Positions 1 to 12,396 of a stretch of DNA of 64,000 bases are shown here, in pieces. The notes under the pieces were generated by a model. The model was not told the origin of the DNA, did no database searches, and saw only the letters and a list, made by a program, of their open reading frames with translations. The stretch is from Vulcanimicrobiota bacterium. GTDB lineage: Bacteria > Vulcanimicrobiota > Vulcanimicrobiia > Vulcanimicrobiales > Vulcanimicrobiaceae. Within the stretch, counting starts at the first letter, position 1. Each line of letters opens with the position of its first letter. Where the stretch lies: assembly GCA_963786105.1 (NCBI GenBank), contig CAWAXX010000014.1, forward strand, positions 128,001 through 192,000, given 5' to 3'. Both the position numbers and the translations under genes were made by a program.

Positions 1-270
1 GTCGATCGGATGACGATCGACGGTTCGCGGTTCTTGCCGCGAGTAGTGCACTTTGCGACGATCGGGCCGGATGCTAAGGGAACCGGCGAAGTCGTTTACG
101 CACCGTTCAAGCAGTATTGGCTGCCGGTGCTGGCAACCGTCGACGCCAGCGTCAAAGGAAAACCGGCTCGGGAGCGCATCACGTGGGGTGATTACCGGTT
201 TCCCGAAGCACTGCCGCCCTCGACGTTTCAGCCGCCCAAACCGCTTCCGGCCGCCAGCCCGCCCCCGTGA
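1..270 (+). CDS. Hypothetical protein, C-terminal part (begins before window)
   Basis: Open frame from position 1 to TGA 268-270, which overlaps the next start; Pro-rich tail. Confidence 0.6.
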   Translation, partial: VDRMTIDGSRFLPRVVHFATIGPDAKGTGEVVYAPFKQYWLPVLATVDASVKGKPARERITWGDYRFPEALPPSTFQPPKPLPAASPPP

Positions 271-1433
271 TGCGCGTCAAGCCTGCCTACATTGCCGGCT
301 TCGCTGCCTTGATCGTCACCGCGCTCGTTTCGCACCTGCGTGCGACGCCGTACGACAACTTCGTTCTGCTGTCGCAGGCGTTCTTGCACGGACGTGCTTG
401 GATCGATTGGCCGGGTGACTACATCGATGCGCTGGGGTACGGCGGCCGGCACTACGTTATCGAAGCGCCGCTGCCGGCAATCCTTTTGCTGCCCTACGTC
501 GCGCTCTTCGGCGTGCACGCGAATCAGACGCTGCTGTCGATCCTGCTGGCCGGCGTGGCCATCGGCGCGGCGTGGGAGCTCGGCGAACGATTTGGTTTGC
601 CGCCGTCGAGCAACGCGTGGATCTGCGCATTTCTGTTGGCGGGCACGGATCTGCTTTGGTGCGCGATGCTCGGTGACGTTTGGTTTATCGCGCACGTTTC
701 GGCGGTGTGCTTTACGTTGCTGGCGCTCGTCGAACTGGCCGGCGCCCGGCGGGCGTGGCTGGTCGCGCTGTGGGCGGCCTGCGCGTTCGAATCTCGCTTT
801 TCGCTGATCTTAACGCTCCCGGTCTACGCGTATCTTTGCGCGAGGGATCCGGACAAACCGCTCGCGATCGGTCCGCAGTGGCGCGCGACGCTCGCCGGCT
901 TTGCGGCGGTTTTGGTTCCCGTCGCCGCGCTCTGGGCGCTCTACAACCGCGCGCGTTGGGGCACGTGGACCGACATCGGCTACACGACGTGGTACCACCA
1001 GGACCAGGCGGGATTGCCGACCGGTTCGCCTTTTCGGCTAGCCTATTTGCCGTACCAAGTCACGTCGTTCTTCGTGCAGGGCGCGACCCGCTTGCCGGAG
1101 TTTCCGTATCTTCGTCCGGAGTATTCCGGCGTCGCGCTCACCTGGACGTCGCCGGCACTCGTGCTGGCGTTTTTCGCGCGTAATCCGTTGCGCTGGGTCC
1201 TAGCCCTCTGGACCGCTGCGCTGGTTGCGGCGGTGCCGAACTTTCTCTACTACGTAAACGGGTTCGCGCAGTTCGGCATGCGCCATGCGCTCGACTTCGA
1301 GCCATTCCTGATCGCGCTCATGATGCTGGCAGTGCGAAAGCGGTTTCCACCGTGGGGATACGTTCTCATCGCCTATTCCGTAGGCGTGGGTTTCTGGGGC
1401 TGCTGGTACTGGAACGCCTACGTTCGAACGTAA
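270..1433 (+). CDS. Polytopic membrane protein, probable GT-C-type glycosyltransferase
   Basis: About 10 hydrophobic segments with large loops; late 'FGMRHALDF' motif resembles GT-C membrane glycosyltransferases; family by inference. Confidence 0.55.
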   Translation: MRVKPAYIAGFAALIVTALVSHLRATPYDNFVLLSQAFLHGRAWIDWPGDYIDALGYGGRHYVIEAPLPAILLLPYVALFGVHANQTLLSILLAGVAIGAAWELGERFGLPPSSNAWICAFLLAGTDLLWCAMLGDVWFIAHVSAVCFTLLALVELAGARRAWLVALWAACAFESRFSLILTLPVYAYLCARDPDKPLAIGPQWRATLAGFAAVLVPVAALWALYNRARWGTWTDIGYTTWYHQDQAGLPTGSPFRLAYLPYQVTSFFVQGATRLPEFPYLRPEYSGVALTWTSPALVLAFFARNPLRWVLALWTAALVAAVPNFLYYVNGFAQFGMRHALDFEPFLIALMMLAVRKRFPPWGYVLIAYSVGVGFWGCWYWNAYVRT

Positions 1434-1450
1434 GAGCGTGACACCGCGAG

Positions 1451-1486
1451 TCGACTGCGCGCCTGCGGCGCTTCGCTGCGGATGAC
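1451..1486. repeat. Degenerate single REP-like unit of the repeat family at 37.5 kb and 61.8 kb
   Basis: TCGACTGCGCGCCTGCGGCGCTTCGCTGCGGATGAC is close to the reverse complement of GTCATCCTGAGCGGAGCGCCGCAGGCGCGCAGTCGA; lies between convergent genes. Confidence 0.75.
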
Positions 1487-1495
1487 GGAGTAATA

Positions 1496-1927
1496 CTAGC
1501 GGGTGGTCATCGGTAGGCCGCCGATGTGGGAACGCGTGCGCGTCGGTTGCGGGGCGGCGGGCGGCGCGGGCGGTTGTTCGTTGGTGCGCGCCTCGTAGGG
1601 CCAGTAGCGAAGCGCGAGCGAGTACGCGATGCAGTCGTTGTACGACTCACACTCGTTTTGAATGGTGAAGCAGCGGACGATCCACATGGGGATCGTCACG
1701 AAAAGGCCGACGCCGGTGAACAGCGCCAGCGACATCAGAATACCGCGCACGTAGTTGCCAAGGTAGTACGACTCGCCGCCGACGATGCCCAGAACCAGGG
1801 TCAGCACGAACGCCAAAGTAGGATCCTTCGCGTAGCGCTGATACTCGTAGGCAAACGTTGCCTGGGCCTCGGGGCGCATCTGAACGGCGATCATCTGGGC
1901 GTACGGTGTCACGTTGTTGTCCTCCAC
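1496..1927 (-). CDS. TM2 domain-containing membrane protein
   Basis: KDPTLAFVLTLVLGIVGGESYYLGNYVRGIL matches the TM2 pattern. Confidence 0.75.
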   Translation of the reverse strand: MEDNNVTPYAQMIAVQMRPEAQATFAYEYQRYAKDPTLAFVLTLVLGIVGGESYYLGNYVRGILMSLALFTGVGLFVTIPMWIVRCFTIQNECESYNDCIAYSLALRYWPYEARTNEQPPAPPAAPQPTRTRSHIGGLPMTTR

Positions 1928-1957
1928 CGTTCCATACGCGCCGAGGGTCGCCGTGTT

Positions 1958-3724
1958 TCAGCGTTTCTGGGCGGCCGCGGTGAGGCGGTCGTAGGCCTCA
2001 CGCAGGCGGGCTGGATCGCGAACCGGTTGCCCGCAGGCCGTACCCGCGCACACGTAGGCCGCCGGCTGCGGCTCCGCCGGCAGCCCGAGAAGCTCGGCCG
2101 CCTGCGTGGGCACGCTCCGAACGACCACGGCCGGCGAGGGCAGGCGCAGGGCGGCCTCGCGGAACGCGTCGGTAGCCGCCGCCTCGCCGACGACTCGGAC
2201 CGATAACTCGGGCGAGAGCCAGCGCCGCAGCGCCCGGCCGTAGGTGGCGGCAAAAGAGCCTGCGGCCGCATAGGTTCGAGCGTACAGCGTGAGGACTCGC
2301 CCGGCATGGTCGCGGTACTTCGGCTCGTTCGCGAGAACGCTCAGGCGCAGGAGCGATTCGGCCAACAGCGCGTTCTCGACGATCGGGCGGTCGGCAATCT
2401 CGAGACGCCCGAGCTGTGCCTCGACGGGAAGGTGATCGTAAAAACCGCCGTCGGCGGCTTCAAACCGTTCGAGGATGCGCTCGGCCAACGTTTGCGCGCG
2501 CGCGAGGTAACGCGCCTCGCCCGACGTCTCATGCGCGTCGAGTAGGGCGCGCAGATAGGCTGCCTGATCGGCCAGCAGTCCGCGCACCTGCGGTTCGCCT
2601 CCCGGCACGACGAAGTGATACAGGAGGCCGTCGGCGTCGGCCAAACGATCGTGGACGTTGTCGAGCGTTTGACACGCTTGCGCGAGCATCGCATCGTCGT
2701 CGAGAGCTCGCGCCGACAGAAACCAGGCGCCGGCGAGCGCGCAAGTCCAGTTGGTGTACGACGTGCGGTCGACGAAGGGCGTTTCACGTTGCCGGCGCTC
2801 CTCGAGCGGTAACCCAAAATACTCTTCGTCGGCATCTTGGCTACCGGCATAAAACCCGGTCGCCGGGTCGCGGAGCACGTCGCGGACGTAGCGCGCCGTG
2901 GAAACGAGGGTCGCGCGAACGTCGTCCGTCGGCGCGAATACGGCGAGCTGCGCGAGGACGCGCAACAGCCCGGCATGGTCTTCCGCCATCTTTTCGAAAT
3001 GCGGAACCGACCAATCGCGGGTGGTGGAGTAGCGAAAGAATCCGCCCTCGACGTGATCGTACATGCCGCCACGCGCCATCGCAAGCATCGTCGTCGCGAC
3101 CATCGCGTAAAGCCGTTCGTCGCCGCCAAAGCGCCACTCCGCGAACAGAAATTCGAGCACTTCGGGCTGCGGGAACTTCGGCGCGTCACCGAAACCGCCG
3201 TATCGTTCGTCGTACGTCTCGGTGAGTTGCTCGACTAAGCGCACGATCATGCCTTCGCGCAGGTCGGTGCGCGAGCTCGGAACGTAGTCGGTACGCCGCG
3301 ACTCCACCTGCGAAACGTGCCCGGCGATGTCCGCCTTGTTTTCGGCGTAAAACCGGGCGATTTCGTCCAGCGCCCGCCGCATCTGGTCGGGCGGCAGGTA
3401 GGTGGCTCCGGTGAGCGTCGTGCCGTCGGGCGCCAAAAACGCGGTGGTCGGCCATCCACCCATGTTGTAACGCGCGTTTACGTCGGGGCGGCGATCGTTG
3501 TCGACGCGAATCGGAACGAAGCGTTCGCTGACGGCGGCGATCACGTCCGGATCCGAATACGACGTTTCGTCCATGACGTGACACCAATGACACCACACCG
3601 CCGAAATCGAGAGCAGTATGGGCTTGTCTTGCGAGCGCGCGCGTTCGAACGCCTCGGGCCCCCACGGCATCCAACCGATCTCGGCGGCACGATTTGCGCG
3701 CGGAGAGAAGCGAAACTCACTCAT
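1958..3724 (-). CDS. Thioredoxin domain-containing protein, DUF255/YyaL family
   Basis: WCHWCHVM, GGWP, GGFGDAPKFP, GGMYDHVEGGFFRYS, VPHFEKM; start placed at ATG 3724 overlapping the upstream stop. Confidence 0.9.
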   Translation of the reverse strand: MSEFRFSPRANRAAEIGWMPWGPEAFERARSQDKPILLSISAVWCHWCHVMDETSYSDPDVIAAVSERFVPIRVDNDRRPDVNARYNMGGWPTTAFLAPDGTTLTGATYLPPDQMRRALDEIARFYAENKADIAGHVSQVESRRTDYVPSSRTDLREGMIVRLVEQLTETYDERYGGFGDAPKFPQPEVLEFLFAEWRFGGDERLYAMVATTMLAMARGGMYDHVEGGFFRYSTTRDWSVPHFEKMAEDHAGLLRVLAQLAVFAPTDDVRATLVSTARYVRDVLRDPATGFYAGSQDADEEYFGLPLEERRQRETPFVDRTSYTNWTCALAGAWFLSARALDDDAMLAQACQTLDNVHDRLADADGLLYHFVVPGGEPQVRGLLADQAAYLRALLDAHETSGEARYLARAQTLAERILERFEAADGGFYDHLPVEAQLGRLEIADRPIVENALLAESLLRLSVLANEPKYRDHAGRVLTLYARTYAAAGSFAATYGRALRRWLSPELSVRVVGEAAATDAFREAALRLPSPAVVVRSVPTQAAELLGLPAEPQPAAYVCAGTACGQPVRDPARLREAYDRLTAAAQKR

Positions 3725-4001
3725 CCTCGTCCGAAGCTCCTCGCAGGAATGAAGCGATGTAGAATACGGCAATCACCGCATACAGCGCCAATCCGGCGAC
3801 GCCTGCCGAGTCGAGTCTCAAAACGAACGTCGTCGCAAAGAAGGCGCCAAACGCCAGGCTGGCGAGCGCATAGCCGCGATGCGTGCGAGCCGTCATCGCA
3901 TAGATCTGGGCGTCGTAGTAACCGCCGCTGCTGCGGCGGCTGCGCTGCCACGCGATTGCAGCGACGACGATGGCGACGAAGAGACCGATCAGACTCCACA
4001 C
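3717..4001 (-). CDS. Small hypothetical membrane protein (3 TM)
   Basis: 94 aa with three hydrophobic helices; overlaps the DUF255 start. Confidence 0.65.
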   Translation of the reverse strand: MWSLIGLFVAIVVAAIAWQRSRRSSGGYYDAQIYAMTARTHRGYALASLAFGAFFATTFVLRLDSAGVAGLALYAVIAVFYIASFLRGASDEDE

Positions 4002-4082
4002 GTTACGCGGTTGCCGGTTCGACGCGAGGCCGGATCGCGCTGCAAGGGTGGAGCGGGAGCCGAGCGTCGAACGTGCCGGACG

Positions 4083-5705
4083 ATGCCGCCTTCGTCAAAG
4101 AAGCCAAGCCGGCCGCCCGGCGAGCTGGATACGTACAAGAAAAAGCGCGACTTTGCGCTGACGCCCGAGCCTAGCGGAAAAAAAGTCGAGCCCGGCAAGC
4201 GGCTGCGCTTCGTCGTGCAGATGCACCGTGCGACGCGCCTGCACTACGACTTTCGTTTGGAAGCGGGCGGCGTACTGGCATCGTGGGCGGTGCCCAAGGG
4301 ACCGACGCTCGCGCCGCTGGACCGGCGGCTTGCCATGCACGTTGAGGACCATCCGCTCGATTATCGCGATTTCGAAGGCAATATCCCGGCCGGTCAGTAT
4401 GGCGCCGGCAGCGTGATCGTCTGGGATAAAGGCACGTACACCCTGGCCGAAGGCGACGACCCGGCCGCCGAGATTGCCGGCGGAAAAATTAAGTTCGTCC
4501 TGCAAGGCAAGAAACTGCGCGGCGAGTTCACGCTCGTTCGAATCAAAGGCCGCGAGGGCGAGCACGGCGACCCTTGGCTGCTGGTCAAAGACCGCGATCA
4601 ATACACCGACCAAAAATACGATCCCGCCGACCATCCCGAGTCGGTGAAAAGCGGCAAGACGCTCGACGACGTCGCACGCAATCCTCGTGCAAAGATTTGG
4701 AACTCCAAGCAAAAGGCGCGACACGCGACCGCGCCACGGCTGCCGCCGCGCGTAAAGCGCGACCCGCTGCCAAAGCTAAAATCGGTCATGCTCGCGACTT
4801 TGATCGACGAACCGTTCGACGACGACGATTGGCTCTTCGAGATCAAGTGGGACGGCTATCGCGCGATCTGCACCATCGACGAAAAAGGCGGTCTGACGCT
4901 CGCCTCGCGCAACGACATCGATTTTTTGGCGCGCTTTCCCGATTTGGGCGGCCTCGCCGACGCGTTCAAGAGCGTGCCGATCGTCGTCGACGGCGAGATC
5001 GTCAGTCTCGACGCCGACGGGCGGTCGGAGTTTCAGCGCCTTCAAGGTTCGCAGAATACCACGGCGGCGCTGACGTTCGCTGCATTCGATCTGATCTATG
5101 CGGACGGACGCGACTTGCGCAAGACGCCGCTCGAGGAACGCAAAGCGCTGCTCGAGCGGATGATTCGCGACGACGATATCGTGCTCTACTCTAAGCACGT
5201 CATCGGTAAAGGCACTTCGTTGTTTGCGATCGCAAAGAAGCGTAAGCTCGAAGGAATCGTCGGGAAGAAACGGTCGTCGGCGTACCAAGAACGGCGTTCG
5301 CGCGATTGGGTGAAGATCAAAGCGCAGCTCGATCAAGAGTTCGTGGTCGGCGGCTGGACTGAACCCCGCGGAAGCCGTACGGGTTTCGGCGCCTTGCTGC
5401 TGGGGGCGTTCGACGGCCCCGCGTTTCGCTACGTGGGTCACGTCGGCACCGGTTTCTCGCAAAAACTCTTGCGAGATTTGCACGCACGTCTGGTGCGGCT
5501 TGCGCGTAAGACGTCGCCCTTCGACACCTCGATAGAAGCCAACATGGAGGCGCACTGGGTGAAACCCGAGTTGGTCGTCCAGGTGCGTTTTACGGAATGG
5601 ACGCGCGATTCGCTGCTCCGCCACCCCGCGTTCGTCGGCCTGCGGCCCGACAAGGCGCCCAAAGACGTGACGCTGGAACTACCCGCGCGCCGGAGAACCT
5701 CGTGA
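4083..5705 (+). CDS. ligD: NHEJ DNA ligase D, phosphoesterase plus ATP-dependent ligase domains
   Basis: YKKKRDF..TPEP, HRATRLHYDFRLE and SWAVPKGP (PE domain); EIKWDGYR adenylation motif, EGIVGK and WVKIK (ligase). Confidence 0.93.
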   Translation: MPPSSKKPSRPPGELDTYKKKRDFALTPEPSGKKVEPGKRLRFVVQMHRATRLHYDFRLEAGGVLASWAVPKGPTLAPLDRRLAMHVEDHPLDYRDFEGNIPAGQYGAGSVIVWDKGTYTLAEGDDPAAEIAGGKIKFVLQGKKLRGEFTLVRIKGREGEHGDPWLLVKDRDQYTDQKYDPADHPESVKSGKTLDDVARNPRAKIWNSKQKARHATAPRLPPRVKRDPLPKLKSVMLATLIDEPFDDDDWLFEIKWDGYRAICTIDEKGGLTLASRNDIDFLARFPDLGGLADAFKSVPIVVDGEIVSLDADGRSEFQRLQGSQNTTAALTFAAFDLIYADGRDLRKTPLEERKALLERMIRDDDIVLYSKHVIGKGTSLFAIAKKRKLEGIVGKKRSSAYQERRSRDWVKIKAQLDQEFVVGGWTEPRGSRTGFGALLLGAFDGPAFRYVGHVGTGFSQKLLRDLHARLVRLARKTSPFDTSIEANMEAHWVKPELVVQVRFTEWTRDSLLRHPAFVGLRPDKAPKDVTLELPARRRTS

Positions 5706-6664
5706 GCGCGCCCGAGCGAACGGCCGTGGCGGTCGGCGCGCGCCGTCTTTCGCTTTCAAACCTCGACAAAGTGTTGTGGCCGCGCGACGGATACACCAAG
5801 GGCGATCTTATCGACTACTATCGATCGGTCGCCGGCGTCATCCTACCGTATCTCAAAGACCGGCCGTTGACGCTGCAACGCTACCCCGACGGCATCGACG
5901 GATTCTCATTCTTCGAGAAGCACCTCCCCAAGGGCGTACCTGATTGGGTCGCGCGAGTGACGGCCTCGTCGGCCGAAGGCGGCAAGAAGGTCACCTACGT
6001 CGTGTGCAACGACGAACCTACGCTGGTATACGTGGCGAATCTAGCGTCGATTCTGCTGCACGCCTGGACGTCGCGCGTAAAAACCCTCGACGAGCCGGAC
6101 TTCGTCTTCTTCGACGTCGATCCGGGGGAGAAGTGCACGCTCAAGACGCTTGCCACCGTTACGCTAAGTATCCGCGACGCTCTCGCGGCAATCGGACTGC
6201 AATCGCTGGTAAAGACCTCTGGCGGGATGGGACTGCACGTTTTCGTTCCGCTGGCAGCCGGTTATACGTACGAAACTGCGAAACTATTTGCCGAACTGCT
6301 GGCTCGTCACGTTGCGGGCGAGCTCGGCGACGATCTGGTGTCGCTTGCGCGTTCGGTCGGTAAACGCAACCCGGCGGCCGTGTACTTGGACTTCGTTCAG
6401 GTCGGCCGCGGGAAAACGTACGTCGTGCCGTATTCGGTACGGGCTCGCGACGGCGCGCCGGTGTCGACGCCGTTGGAGTGGCCCGAGGTCGAAGCCTTCG
6501 CGCGTAAGCGAGGTGCGGCTGCGCCGTCGGACGAGTTCGGCAAGTACACGATCCGGACGACGGGCAAGCGCCTCAACGGCCGCGGGGACGTGTGGGCGGG
6601 GGCTGCGTGGAAGAAGCAGCGGCTCGAAGAGGCCATCGCCCGCGCCCAAACGCTCTGGGCGTAG
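5702..6664 (+). CDS. Stand-alone LigD primase-polymerase (POL) domain protein
   Basis: LSNLDKVLWP..GYTKGDLIDYY, RYPDG, FDVDP, KTSGGMGLH, PYSVRAR.GAPVSTPL.W; GTGA overlap with ligD. Confidence 0.92.
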   Translation: MSAPERTAVAVGARRLSLSNLDKVLWPRDGYTKGDLIDYYRSVAGVILPYLKDRPLTLQRYPDGIDGFSFFEKHLPKGVPDWVARVTASSAEGGKKVTYVVCNDEPTLVYVANLASILLHAWTSRVKTLDEPDFVFFDVDPGEKCTLKTLATVTLSIRDALAAIGLQSLVKTSGGMGLHVFVPLAAGYTYETAKLFAELLARHVAGELGDDLVSLARSVGKRNPAAVYLDFVQVGRGKTYVVPYSVRARDGAPVSTPLEWPEVEAFARKRGAAAPSDEFGKYTIRTTGKRLNGRGDVWAGAAWKKQRLEEAIARAQTLWA

Positions 6665-6720
6665 CCCGCCCCGGCCGCCGCCGGGACACGGGCAGCCAAA
6701 TCGGGTAGAATAGGCAGACT

Positions 6721-7572
6721 ATGGCGCATGCAATTTGGTCTGGGGCCATCAACTTCGGGCTGGTCACGATACCGGTGAAGCTGTTTACGGCCGTGAAATC
6801 CGACGAACTGTCGTTTAACATGCTTCACAAAAAGGACGAAGGACGCATCAAATACGAGCGCGTCTGTAGCGTCGACGGCAAGCCGGTGCCATGGGACGAA
6901 ATCGTCAAGGGCTACGAGTACGAAAAGGGTCAGTACGTCATCTTGACCGACGACGACTTCAAGAAAGTCAATCCGGAAGCCACGCAATCCGTGGACATTC
7001 TGGAGTTCGTCGAACTCGATAGAATCAACCCGATGTACTTCGACAAGCCATACTACCTCGAACCCACCAAGCAAGGCCGACATGCCTACGCGCTGCTGCG
7101 CGAGGCACTTTCGACGAGCAATCGCGTCGCCATTGCGCGCGTCGTCATCCGTACCAAAGAGTACATCGCCGCGGTGAAGCCGCTCGACGACGCGCTGGTC
7201 CTCGAGCTCATGCATTGGGCGAGCGAGATCATCGAACCCGGTACGCTCGAGCTCCCCGATCGCGAAAACCTTCCCGAAGCCGAGATGAAGATGGCGAAGA
7301 TGCTGATCGACACGATGAGCGTCGACGCGTTCGAGCCCGATAAGTTCGCCAACCGTTACCACGACGAAGTGTTAGCGATGATCGACGCGCGCGCGAACGG
7401 TCAGGAACTTCCGAAAGCCAAGAAGGTCGCGCCGCGCGCCAAGGTCGTCAACCTCATGGACGTGCTCGCGCAGAGCCTCGAAGAAAGCAAGAAGCGGCGC
7501 GCATCGTCGAACGGGCGCACCGCCTCACAGGACAAACCGGCAACAAAACGCCGCAAAAAGACCGCAGCCTAG
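6721..7572 (+). CDS. ku: NHEJ Ku protein
   Basis: AIWSGAINFGLVTIPVKL, IVKGYE, PYYLEP, VVNLMDVL..SL, basic tail. Confidence 0.96.
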   Translation: MAHAIWSGAINFGLVTIPVKLFTAVKSDELSFNMLHKKDEGRIKYERVCSVDGKPVPWDEIVKGYEYEKGQYVILTDDDFKKVNPEATQSVDILEFVELDRINPMYFDKPYYLEPTKQGRHAYALLREALSTSNRVAIARVVIRTKEYIAAVKPLDDALVLELMHWASEIIEPGTLELPDRENLPEAEMKMAKMLIDTMSVDAFEPDKFANRYHDEVLAMIDARANGQELPKAKKVAPRAKVVNLMDVLAQSLEESKKRRASSNGRTASQDKPATKRRKKTAA

Positions 7573-7581
7573 AGAACTACC

Positions 7582-7617
7582 GATTTATTCCAGATCGACG
7601 ACGAGCTGGGATAAATC
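7582..7617. terminator. Stem-loop between convergent ku and MFS genes, possible bidirectional terminator
   Basis: GATTTATTCCAG (7582-7593) pairs with CTGGGATAAATC (7606-7617) with one G-T; no clear U tract. Confidence 0.4.
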
Positions 7618-8839
7618 AGGGGTTCTCGGCTTTCGCGGTTTCTATTTCGTTGGTAAACAGCGGCTCCTCGCCGGGCGGCACGTTCGTGCGCCCCTCGCCG
7701 CGGGCGTTGGCCAGACCCATGGCAAGCGCGAGCGTTACGAACGTCAGCGACTCGACGCCTGCGTATGCCGGACCGAATCCGGCCAGCAATCCGGTGGAGA
7801 CGGGCGGAGCGAGAATTCCCGACAGCGAGTCGAGCGATGAGCTGGCGCCCAACACGATGCCTTGTTCTCGATCCGAGGCGGCGTTGCTGATGAGGGCCGT
7901 GATGCCCGTATTTACCAGCGCCATTCCGAACGAGAAGAAAATCATCGTCAAGCTCAGGATCGCCAGGTCGTGCACGAATGGGAGCGACGCGAACGCGCCC
8001 GCTAGCGAGACGAGGCCGACGTTGGACATCGTGCGGTCGCCCAACCACGCCGAGATGCGCCCGATTAGGAAGACGTTCACGAATACGTTAAAGATGGCAA
8101 ATCCCGAGAAGAAGTAGTCGGTTTGCGTCAGTGAAAAGCCCAACTGGCGCTGCAAATAGAGCGCGATGACCGCAAACCATCCGTAGAGGCCCAACGATAT
8201 CGCAAGCTTCTGCCAAAGGATTCGCGACAGGCGCGGCTTCTGAAAGCTCGTCATAACCTCGCGTAGCCCGACGCGCTCTTCACTCGCGCCGCGCGTTCTG
8301 GACTCGGGCAGCATGACGATCGTAATGACGAGCGTCGCGAGTTGTAATGCCGCGGCGGCCAAAAAGGGAGCGGCGAAGCCAAAACGCGCGAACAGAATGC
8401 CGCCGCCGAGCGGTCCGAAGATCATGCCGGCGCCGAACATGGCACCGATCAGCCCGAACGCCCGCGAGCGATCCTTTGCTTCGACGAGATCGGCGACGTA
8501 CGCTTGCGTGATGCTGATGTTGCCGCCGGAAATGCCTTCGATGATACGGGCGACGAAGACCAGCCCGATCCCTGGTGCGAATGCCAGCATCGCCCAGCCT
8601 ATGGTCGCACCGATTTGCGACACGATCAAGACTCTCTTGCGCCCGAATCGATCCGAAACGTGCCCCCACAGCGGTGCCGTTACGAGTTGGCAGAGCGAGA
8701 ACGTCCCGAAGAGCACGCCGACGACGAACGGCGACGCACCGAAGTGGGTCACGAAGTACGGCAGCATCGGGATCAGCATGCTGAAGCCGATGATGTCGAT
8801 GAACGTGACGCCGAGGATCGGAAGAAGTTTACGGATCAT
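7616..8839 (-). CDS. MFS transporter, DHA1/TetA-like
   Basis: 12 TM; motif [24 protein letters not shown] (motif C-like). Confidence 0.88.
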   Translation of the reverse strand: MIRKLLPILGVTFIDIIGFSMLIPMLPYFVTHFGASPFVVGVLFGTFSLCQLVTAPLWGHVSDRFGRKRVLIVSQIGATIGWAMLAFAPGIGLVFVARIIEGISGGNISITQAYVADLVEAKDRSRAFGLIGAMFGAGMIFGPLGGGILFARFGFAAPFLAAAALQLATLVITIVMLPESRTRGASEERVGLREVMTSFQKPRLSRILWQKLAISLGLYGWFAVIALYLQRQLGFSLTQTDYFFSGFAIFNVFVNVFLIGRISAWLGDRTMSNVGLVSLAGAFASLPFVHDLAILSLTMIFFSFGMALVNTGITALISNAASDREQGIVLGASSSLDSLSGILAPPVSTGLLAGFGPAYAGVESLTFVTLALAMGLANARGEGRTNVPPGEEPLFTNEIETAKAENP

Positions 8840-9782
8840 GTGGCGACTCAACCGGCAAGATTATCGGTGCGAGTCGCTCGCTCTTGCGAAGGACGTCGAG
8901 CTTATACGGCCGGCTCAAGTCGATGCTCGTGAGAATCTTGTGCAGGGCGTCGAGGCCCGCCAGGCGTCGGCCCTCGAACGCCAGCAGCAGGTCGCCCGGC
9001 TTGATGCGAGCGGTGTCGGCGGGACTGCCGGGCTCGACCGTGTTCACCATGACCGCCCGGCGGTCGTCGAGGCCGAAACGGCGAGCAGCGGCGACCGCCA
9101 AGACGATATCCTGGCCGGCGATGCCGAGGTAGCCGCGGCGCACTTTCCCGTCGCGCATCAGCAGCCCGGCGATGTGCTTGGCGGTGTTGACGGCGATCGC
9201 AAAACAGAGCCCCTGGCCCGGAAGTACGGCCGTGTTGACGCCGATCACTTCGCCCGCCGCGGTCACCAACGGTCCGCCGGAATTGCCCGGGTTGAGCGCG
9301 GCGTCGGTTTGAATGATGTTGTCCATCAGACGACCTGACTGCGAGCGCAACGTGCGTCCAAGCGCGCTGACCACCCCGGCCGTCACCGTGTACGCGAGGC
9401 CGAACGGGTTGCCGACGGCAACGACGAGTTGACCGGGGCGCAACGCGGCGGAGTCGCCTAGCGCAACGTGGGCGAGGTCGGGAGCGTCTACGCGCAGCAC
9501 GGCTAAGTCCGTATGCGGATCGTCGCCGGCGAGCGTCGCGCCGAGTTCGCGCCCGTCGAGTAAGGCGACGCCGATTTGCTCGGCGCCGTGCACGACGTGA
9601 CTGTTGGTGAGAACGAAGCCGTCCGGCGTAAAAATGAAGCCCGATCCGTTGCCGCCGTGGCGACCGTTGCGCACTTCGATGCACACCACCGCCGGGCTCA
9701 CGCGTTCGGCTGCGGCGGTTACCGCTGCGGAGTACGGATCGAGGATCGCGGGCGATTCAATTTCTACGAGGGCAAGGGCCAT
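8829..9782 (-). CDS. HtrA/DegP-family serine protease with PDZ domain (no obvious signal peptide)
   Basis: TNSHVV, TDLAVL and GNSGGP triad motifs; RGYLGI PDZ loop. Confidence 0.92.
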   Translation of the reverse strand: MALALVEIESPAILDPYSAAVTAAAERVSPAVVCIEVRNGRHGGNGSGFIFTPDGFVLTNSHVVHGAEQIGVALLDGRELGATLAGDDPHTDLAVLRVDAPDLAHVALGDSAALRPGQLVVAVGNPFGLAYTVTAGVVSALGRTLRSQSGRLMDNIIQTDAALNPGNSGGPLVTAAGEVIGVNTAVLPGQGLCFAIAVNTAKHIAGLLMRDGKVRRGYLGIAGQDIVLAVAAARRFGLDDRRAVMVNTVEPGSPADTARIKPGDLLLAFEGRRLAGLDALHKILTSIDLSRPYKLDVLRKSERLAPIILPVESPHDP

Positions 9783-9859
9783 GTCGGTCCTTCAAGACCC
9801 TGCGCCCAATCGGCCGGTTGCGACTCGCGTCGAGCGCTCAGGATTGGGGGAGGGGCCTA

Positions 9860-11416
<1,557 letters not shown>

Positions 11417-11436
11417 TCGAGCAGGGTATTACGTTA

Positions 11437-12396
11437 TTACGACCAGCGCTCCGCGCAGATAAAGTTTCCGCCGACCGACGGCCGCTTCACTTGATTGCCT
11501 TTGTAAAAATACATCGGATGCTGGTCCACCGGGCAATAGTGCGTCACGAGGCTCTTACGCGTCCGGCTCTCATCTTCGATCGGCGAGCCGCCGTGCATTA
11601 ATTCGGCCGCCCAAATGAGTGCGTCGCCCTTTTTCGGTCGAAACTGCGTGAACTCCAGGTTGGCCGCTCGGGCCATCGCGTGCAGCCTCCCGGAGAACCC
11701 CTCGAGCTCGGGGTTTCCCGGCTTAACCCAGCGATCGGTGCCCGAGAAAAGGAAGTCCGGAAGGGCGTGGCTGCCAACGTAGTATTCGAGCTCGCCCGAA
11801 CCGGGAGAAACGTCTTCCAGCGCTATCCAGGACGCGACGAACTCCTGAGACGAGCTGACGCGAACGAAGGCCGTGTCGCGGTGCACTCCCTGCTGCGAGC
11901 CGCGGAGAAATCCAAGCGATTGGAACGCGAGCGCCGGTCGTTCGAAAACGAGGTTCAAGAAGCGCGAGATTGCGGGAGAAAAGATGATCCGTTGAGCCGC
12001 CTCCGACGCTTCGTGCATGTCGAGGATCTTCGCCTCTTTTTGCAGCGTGTTTTCGCGGGTCGCCGTTTCGATGTGGTGTCCGGTCGAGTCCCAATAGGAT
12101 GCCTTCCGTTCGATCTTTCCGGCGGTGATGCTTTCGATATCTTCGAGAACCCGGTCGACCAAATTGAGATCAACGGCTCGCGGCAGTAAGACGAACCCTT
12201 TCTTCATGAATTCGGTGACGAGACGTCCCTCCGACGGAGAGATTTCGCCGATTGCGACCTTGCCTGCGAGCACGGCGTCGGCGTTGCTCAAGTCCGTCCA
12301 CAAGCCGCCAAACTGGCTGCGAAATCGGGGACGGACCGGCGGATTAACGTCGTGCGGATCGTACGGAGGCAGCTGTTGATTTACGAACTCGGTCAT
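11437..12396 (-). CDS. Phytanoyl-CoA dioxygenase (PhyH) family Fe(II)/2OG enzyme
   Basis: HRD, WIALED, GSH, MHGG and RKS motifs; start could alternatively be 12423. Confidence 0.85.
   Translation of the reverse strand: MTEFVNQQLPPYDPHDVNPPVRPRFRSQFGGLWTDLSNADAVLAGKVAIGEISPSEGRLVTEFMKKGFVLLPRAVDLNLVDRVLEDIESITAGKIERKASYWDSTGHHIETATRENTLQKEAKILDMHEASEAAQRIIFSPAISRFLNLVFERPALAFQSLGFLRGSQQGVHRDTAFVRVSSSQEFVASWIALEDVSPGSGELEYYVGSHALPDFLFSGTDRWVKPGNPELEGFSGRLHAMARAANLEFTQFRPKKGDALIWAAELMHGGSPIEDESRTRKSLVTHYCPVDQHPMYFYKGNQVKRPSVGGNFICAERWS

Noticed and set aside
7616..8839. Calling the MFS gene tetA
   Set aside because: DHA1-family motifs do not specify substrate and there is no adjacent tetR.
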